From Ranitomeya imitator (lineage: Eukaryota): a stretch of 64,000 bases of DNA. The stretch is from the NCBI RefSeq assembly GCF_032444005.1, contig NC_091288.1:197284001-197348000 (forward strand), given 5' to 3'. Both the position numbers and the translations under genes were made by a program. Below, piece by piece: positions 60,146 through 64,000 of this stretch; the first letter of the stretch is position 1, and each line of letters starts with the position of its first letter. Under the pieces are notes generated by a model. The model was not told the origin of the DNA and did no database searches. It saw only the letters and a program-made list of their open reading frames with translations.

Positions 60146-61853
60146 GTGAGAATGTGTGTAATTCATTGCTGTGTGTTCTGATTTTTTTTGTTTAAAGGTT
60201 TCTTTAACTGGTCTCGGTCTCTTGAAAAAACTTAGGCTGTCATATTAGCACATGTCATGAGTAAATTGTATAATCTGCCCAAGCTGATAATAAAAGCACT
60301 AGTTTATTCCCTTGATGGTGACCATCTCTGAATTCATCATCTTTGCAAGATCCATATTTTTTGTGTAGTGTGTGTGTGTGTGTGTGTGTGTAACATTTTG
60401 GAGAAAACTGTAAAACTTTTCGTCTGAAGGACAGATCACCTTTCTTTATCGCCTCTCATTGGGGGACACAGGAACCATGGGTGTATGCTGCTGCCACTAG
60501 GAGGCTGACACTATGCAAATAAAAAAATTAGCTCCTCCTCTGCAGTGTACACCCCACCGACTGGCATTAAACTCTTCAGTTTAGCTTAGTGTCAGTAGGA
60601 GGTGGACACGGGTCTTTCATTAGACCCTTATCTACCTCAATGTGCGTCGTTTCTTTTCAGGTTTTCCGGAGGGATACAGGGTGAGCAGTCACGCCTGTAG
60701 TCCCACAATACGGACTATGAGTACGGCGTGTACTGCCACCCCGTATCCTCATAGATCCCTCTCCAGGACCAAGATCCTAGCACAGAAGCGTGCTCAGAAG
60801 TCCGGTCCTGGCTCCGTCCCCCACCCACTCGCCTACCAGAGCCTGTCGGTCGGAGGAGACGAGGACGTCCATCACAGCTCCGTGGACGTCTCATTCCCCT
60901 CAGGTTAGTAACGGCGTGGGATGTTTAGGTGAGTATTTCCCCTGGCGGGCTCTCCATTCCCCCGGGATCCTTTCTCCAGATGTCCCCCGGTCCTCCCTCA
61001 TGGCGTTTGTTTTGGGGGGGATCCCAGGGACTGCCACGGGGGCTGTGGCTCATTTTCCTCCGGGGCTCTCCTTCATTGGCGGCCGCACAGCCACGGTGTC
61101 TCCCTTGTGGAGTCTCGGCCTGGCGGGCTGCCGCGCCGCTCCCCCTTGCGGTCTCGCTTCTCGGCGGCCGCGGTGTGTCCTGTGTCTGCACGGCGTCCTT
61201 GGCAGGGTGCCGTGCCGCTTGCTTTCTGCGGCGCTCCGACGCCGCCACTCTCCAGCGGCGCTCCGGCGCCGCTATTCTCAGGCGGCGCTCCGGCGCCGCG
61301 ATCCTCTGGCGACGCTCCGGCGCCGCGATTCTCCGGCGCCGGCCTCTAGTTTGGGTCCCGGCTTCTGCCGGGGCCTGCCTCTGGCGCCGCGGCCCCGCCG
61401 GTTCCGTTCGGGCAGCCTTGGCGGACTGCCGCTCTTCTCGGACTCTGCGGCGCGCTGCTCCGGCGCCGCGGTTCCCTTCTCCGGCGGCGCCGGTCTCTAA
61501 TTTAGGTCCCGGCTTACGCCGGGGCCTACTTCCGGTTTCTCGGCTCCTCACTTCCGGTTCTGCGGGCAGGCTTCTTTCCCGCCCGACATACTGCGCCCTG
61601 CCCACCGGCGCCTCTGCGTCTGGCTCCACCCCCTTCCTCGTGGGTCCCTCGGCCGGTGTGCACCGCTTCTCACAGCAGCAGCACTCGCATCTTCTGTGGC
61701 TCAGCATCGCAGAATCAGCACCTCAGGGAAGTTCTCCGCCGAGGACAAGTGGGACATCTTCCAGGACCGGGTCCGTGAGTAGCTGCACTGCAGACTGACA
61801 CCCCCCTCTGCCCACTGTCCCCTAACCCACTGGCATCTTCAGGGTCCCTAAAA

Positions 61854-63347
61854 ATGTCTACCTCTAAAGGGGGCCGCTCTCGTCCCCCTACCTCTTCATC
61901 TTCTGCCTTAGTCACGTACTTTGCATGTTCGTCCTGTAACAGCAAACTTCCCTCAGGTCAGTCCTCCCCGCTGTGTCAGTCCTGCAGCAACCCGATTGTT
62001 CCCACCGCCCAGGATCCCCCGGCTGTTGCGCCCGAGAGTGATCCCCCCATCCCAGGCTGGGCCGCTTCTCTGTCAGAATCGGTGGCCAATTTAACACGGG
62101 TGTCTCAAACCCTGGTGTCCGCGCTGGATCGGTTACCCCTGCAGACCCCTGCAGTGGCCAGCGGGTCGCAGGAACCGCCGCCTGAGCCCTCCTTGATTAG
62201 CCACAAAAGGTCCAGACAGCAACGTCGGTCTGAGTCCTCTTCGCGTTCCATCTCGCCGCACGGCCCTCCCCCGCGGTTGGTGTCGCACCGTTCCTCCTCC
62301 CCTGAGTCAGGCGAGGCTTTATCTGATGCGCCCTCAGAGGAGATGTCGGAGTTGGATCCTAGCCAAATCGCCACCATGAGTGAGTCGGTCCAGAACCTCA
62401 TTCGGGCTATAAACCAAACCTGCGGCATTAAGGATCCCTCTACGGAACCCGCAGATCAGGCGGTTTCGTTTAGACGGGCCAAACCACCTTCAAGATTTTT
62501 TGCCCCTCATCCTGAATTCGAGGAAATCCTGACTAGAGAGAGAGAGAATCCGACCAGACGTTTTCAGAGGGGAAAACGCCTGGGGGTGTTATATCCTTTT
62601 TCACCAGATCTTACCGCCAATTGGACGGTCTCTCCCTCGGTGGATCCACCTGTGTCCAGGCTGTCCACCAACACGGTGCTCCCACTGTCCGGCGGAGCGT
62701 CTCTGAAGGACTCTAACGACAGAGTTATAGAATCCTTCGCAAAATCTGCCTTCGAAGCGGCTTCAGCAGCGCTATGCCCGGCCTTTGCTTCCACTTGGGC
62801 CTCAAAATCCATCTCAAAATGGGCCAAGGATCTGCGGCGAGGTATCCTGGACGGGGCTCCTTCCGCGCAATTAGCGGAACTTGCCAACCAGATTTCCCAC
62901 GCTGGTGAATACCTGGTTTCCGCCTCCCTGGATGTCGCGTCTTGTGCGGCTCAGGCTTCCAGCAATGCCGTTGCCATCCGCCGGACCGTTTGGCTCAAGG
63001 CCTGGCAGGCGGACTTGTCCTCCAAAAAGTCCCTCACTAGTCTGCCCTTCCAGGGCTCTCGTCTCTTTGGTTCCCAGCTGGACCAGATCATTAAGGACGC
63101 CACTGGGGGCACAAGTTCCCTTCTCCCCCAGGCTAAACCTCGTCGCCCTCCTCCTAGACGGCAGTTTCGCTCGTTCCGGCCTTTTCGTCGCTTCGCTGCG
63201 TCAAACTCCTTTTCCCAGCAGCAACAGAGGCCACAGGCACGTCAAGAGAAGAAGGCGGTGTCCTTCAGGCCCACTCCGTCCTGGCGTCCTCGCTATTCCC
63301 AGGGTAGATCGTCCAGGCCCAGGACTGGAAGATCCACTTCCGCATGA
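61854..63347 (+). CDS. DIRS gag-like ORF1, 497 aa (CxxC..CxxC, LAP2alpha-like domain)
   Basis: CSSC/CQSC, DPPVSRL, IRRTVWLKAWQAD; uninterrupted; aligns by eye to the broken gag of copy 1. Confidence 0.88.
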   Translation: MSTSKGGRSRPPTSSSSALVTYFACSSCNSKLPSGQSSPLCQSCSNPIVPTAQDPPAVAPESDPPIPGWAASLSESVANLTRVSQTLVSALDRLPLQTPAVASGSQEPPPEPSLISHKRSRQQRRSESSSRSISPHGPPPRLVSHRSSSPESGEALSDAPSEEMSELDPSQIATMSESVQNLIRAINQTCGIKDPSTEPADQAVSFRRAKPPSRFFAPHPEFEEILTRERENPTRRFQRGKRLGVLYPFSPDLTANWTVSPSVDPPVSRLSTNTVLPLSGGASLKDSNDRVIESFAKSAFEAASAALCPAFASTWASKSISKWAKDLRRGILDGAPSAQLAELANQISHAGEYLVSASLDVASCAAQASSNAVAIRRTVWLKAWQADLSSKKSLTSLPFQGSRLFGSQLDQIIKDATGGTSSLLPQAKPRRPPPRRQFRSFRPFRRFAASNSFSQQQQRPQARQEKKAVSFRPTPSWRPRYSQGRSSRPRTGRSTSA

Positions 63348-64000
63348 CTCTCGGCAAGACTCCAGCCCAACTCCCAGGTTGGGGGGCCGTCTTCTCCGTT
63401 TCAGGGACGTCTGGATTTCCGCAGTAGAGGATGCATGGGTCAGGGAAGTTGTGTCTTCGGGATACAAAATAGAGTTCGCCTCCCGACCCAGAGATCATTT
63501 CTTCCAATCTCGTCCTCCAAAAGATCCCGCTTTGGTTCCGGGCTTCTTCGCAGCCATCGCTTCTCTGCTCAAATCCGGGGTAATCGTTCCCGTCCCAGAA
63601 AAGGAACGGTACACGGGTTTCTACTCGAACCTCTTTGTGGTACCGAAAAAAGACGGCAAGGTTCGTCCCATTCTGGACCTAAAATTGTTGAACAGGAGGG
63701 TTCGCCTGAGACACTTCAGGATGGAATCCCTTCGTTCAGTAATTGCTTCCATGGAGGCTCAGGAATTTCTATGCTCTATAGATATCCAGGACGCCTACCT
63801 ACATGTTCCAATATTTCCCGGACATCACCGTTTCCTGCGCTTCGCAGTGCAACAAGATCATTTTCAGTTCGTCGCCCTGCCGTTCGGTCTCGCAACCGCG
63901 CCAAGGGTGTTCACGAAAATCATGGCGGCGCTGATGGCCATTTTGAGAGTCAGAGGCTTGGTTCTGTTTCCATACCTCGACGACATCCTCATCAAGGCTC
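63346..64000 (+). CDS. DIRS RT ORF, N-terminal part (open to window end, start mechanism unknown)
   Basis: LGGRLLRF..GYKIEF..FYSNLFVVPKKDG..DIQDAY..LPFGLATAPRVF..YLDD (TAC at 63973), all in one frame. Confidence 0.9.

Larger units (their letters stand above)
60441..64000 (+). mobile_element. Second DIRS1-type retrotransposon (different subfamily), 5' part, apparently intact
   Basis: Starts TTTCTTTATCGCCTCTCATTGGGGGACACAGGAACCATGGG, like the ITR of copy 1; intact gag; open RT frame to the window end. Confidence 0.93.

Noticed and set aside
60790-61798. Three overlapping 236-289 aa ORFs in the DIRS leader
   Set aside because: Low-complexity Arg/Ala/Pro products expected from very GC-rich sequence; no recognisable domain and not matched in copy 1.

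Overview
Vertebrate genomic DNA, most likely a frog (inferred from the repeat families; species not determinable). It carries the MRM2-NUDT1-SNX8-EIF3B block that is syntenic with human 7p22. Genes: a probable MRM2 first coding exon (minus, 5133-5158); complete NUDT1/MTH1 (plus, 3 coding exons, 156 aa); SNX8 (minus, 10 coding exons, 5' end unresolved); EIF3B exons 1-13 (plus, continuing past the window). The introns are packed with transposons: a full-length but multiply disabled DIRS1-type tyrosine-recombinase retrotransposon (16986-22984); a second, apparently intact DIRS running off the right edge (60441-64000); a near-intact 5'-truncated CR1 LINE; an L2 fragment; two non-autonomous Helitrons; Tc1 relics; and Harbinger, Kolobok/T2, hAT, mariner and piggyBac-type MITEs. 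There are five minisatellite arrays and a 182-N assembly gap. Best leads: (1) a degenerate Penelope-type minimal hammerhead ribozyme at the centre of a 304-bp fold-back; (2) a shared expression puzzle in both DIRS copies (recombinase frame in-frame behind gag UGA-C, RT frame with no AUG before its core, putative leader introns); (3) minisatellites that repeat strong splice signals in the host sense orientation or derive from MITE motifs; (4) a multi-layer transposon nest. All belong to known classes; I cannot support a claim of a wholly new system from sequence alone.
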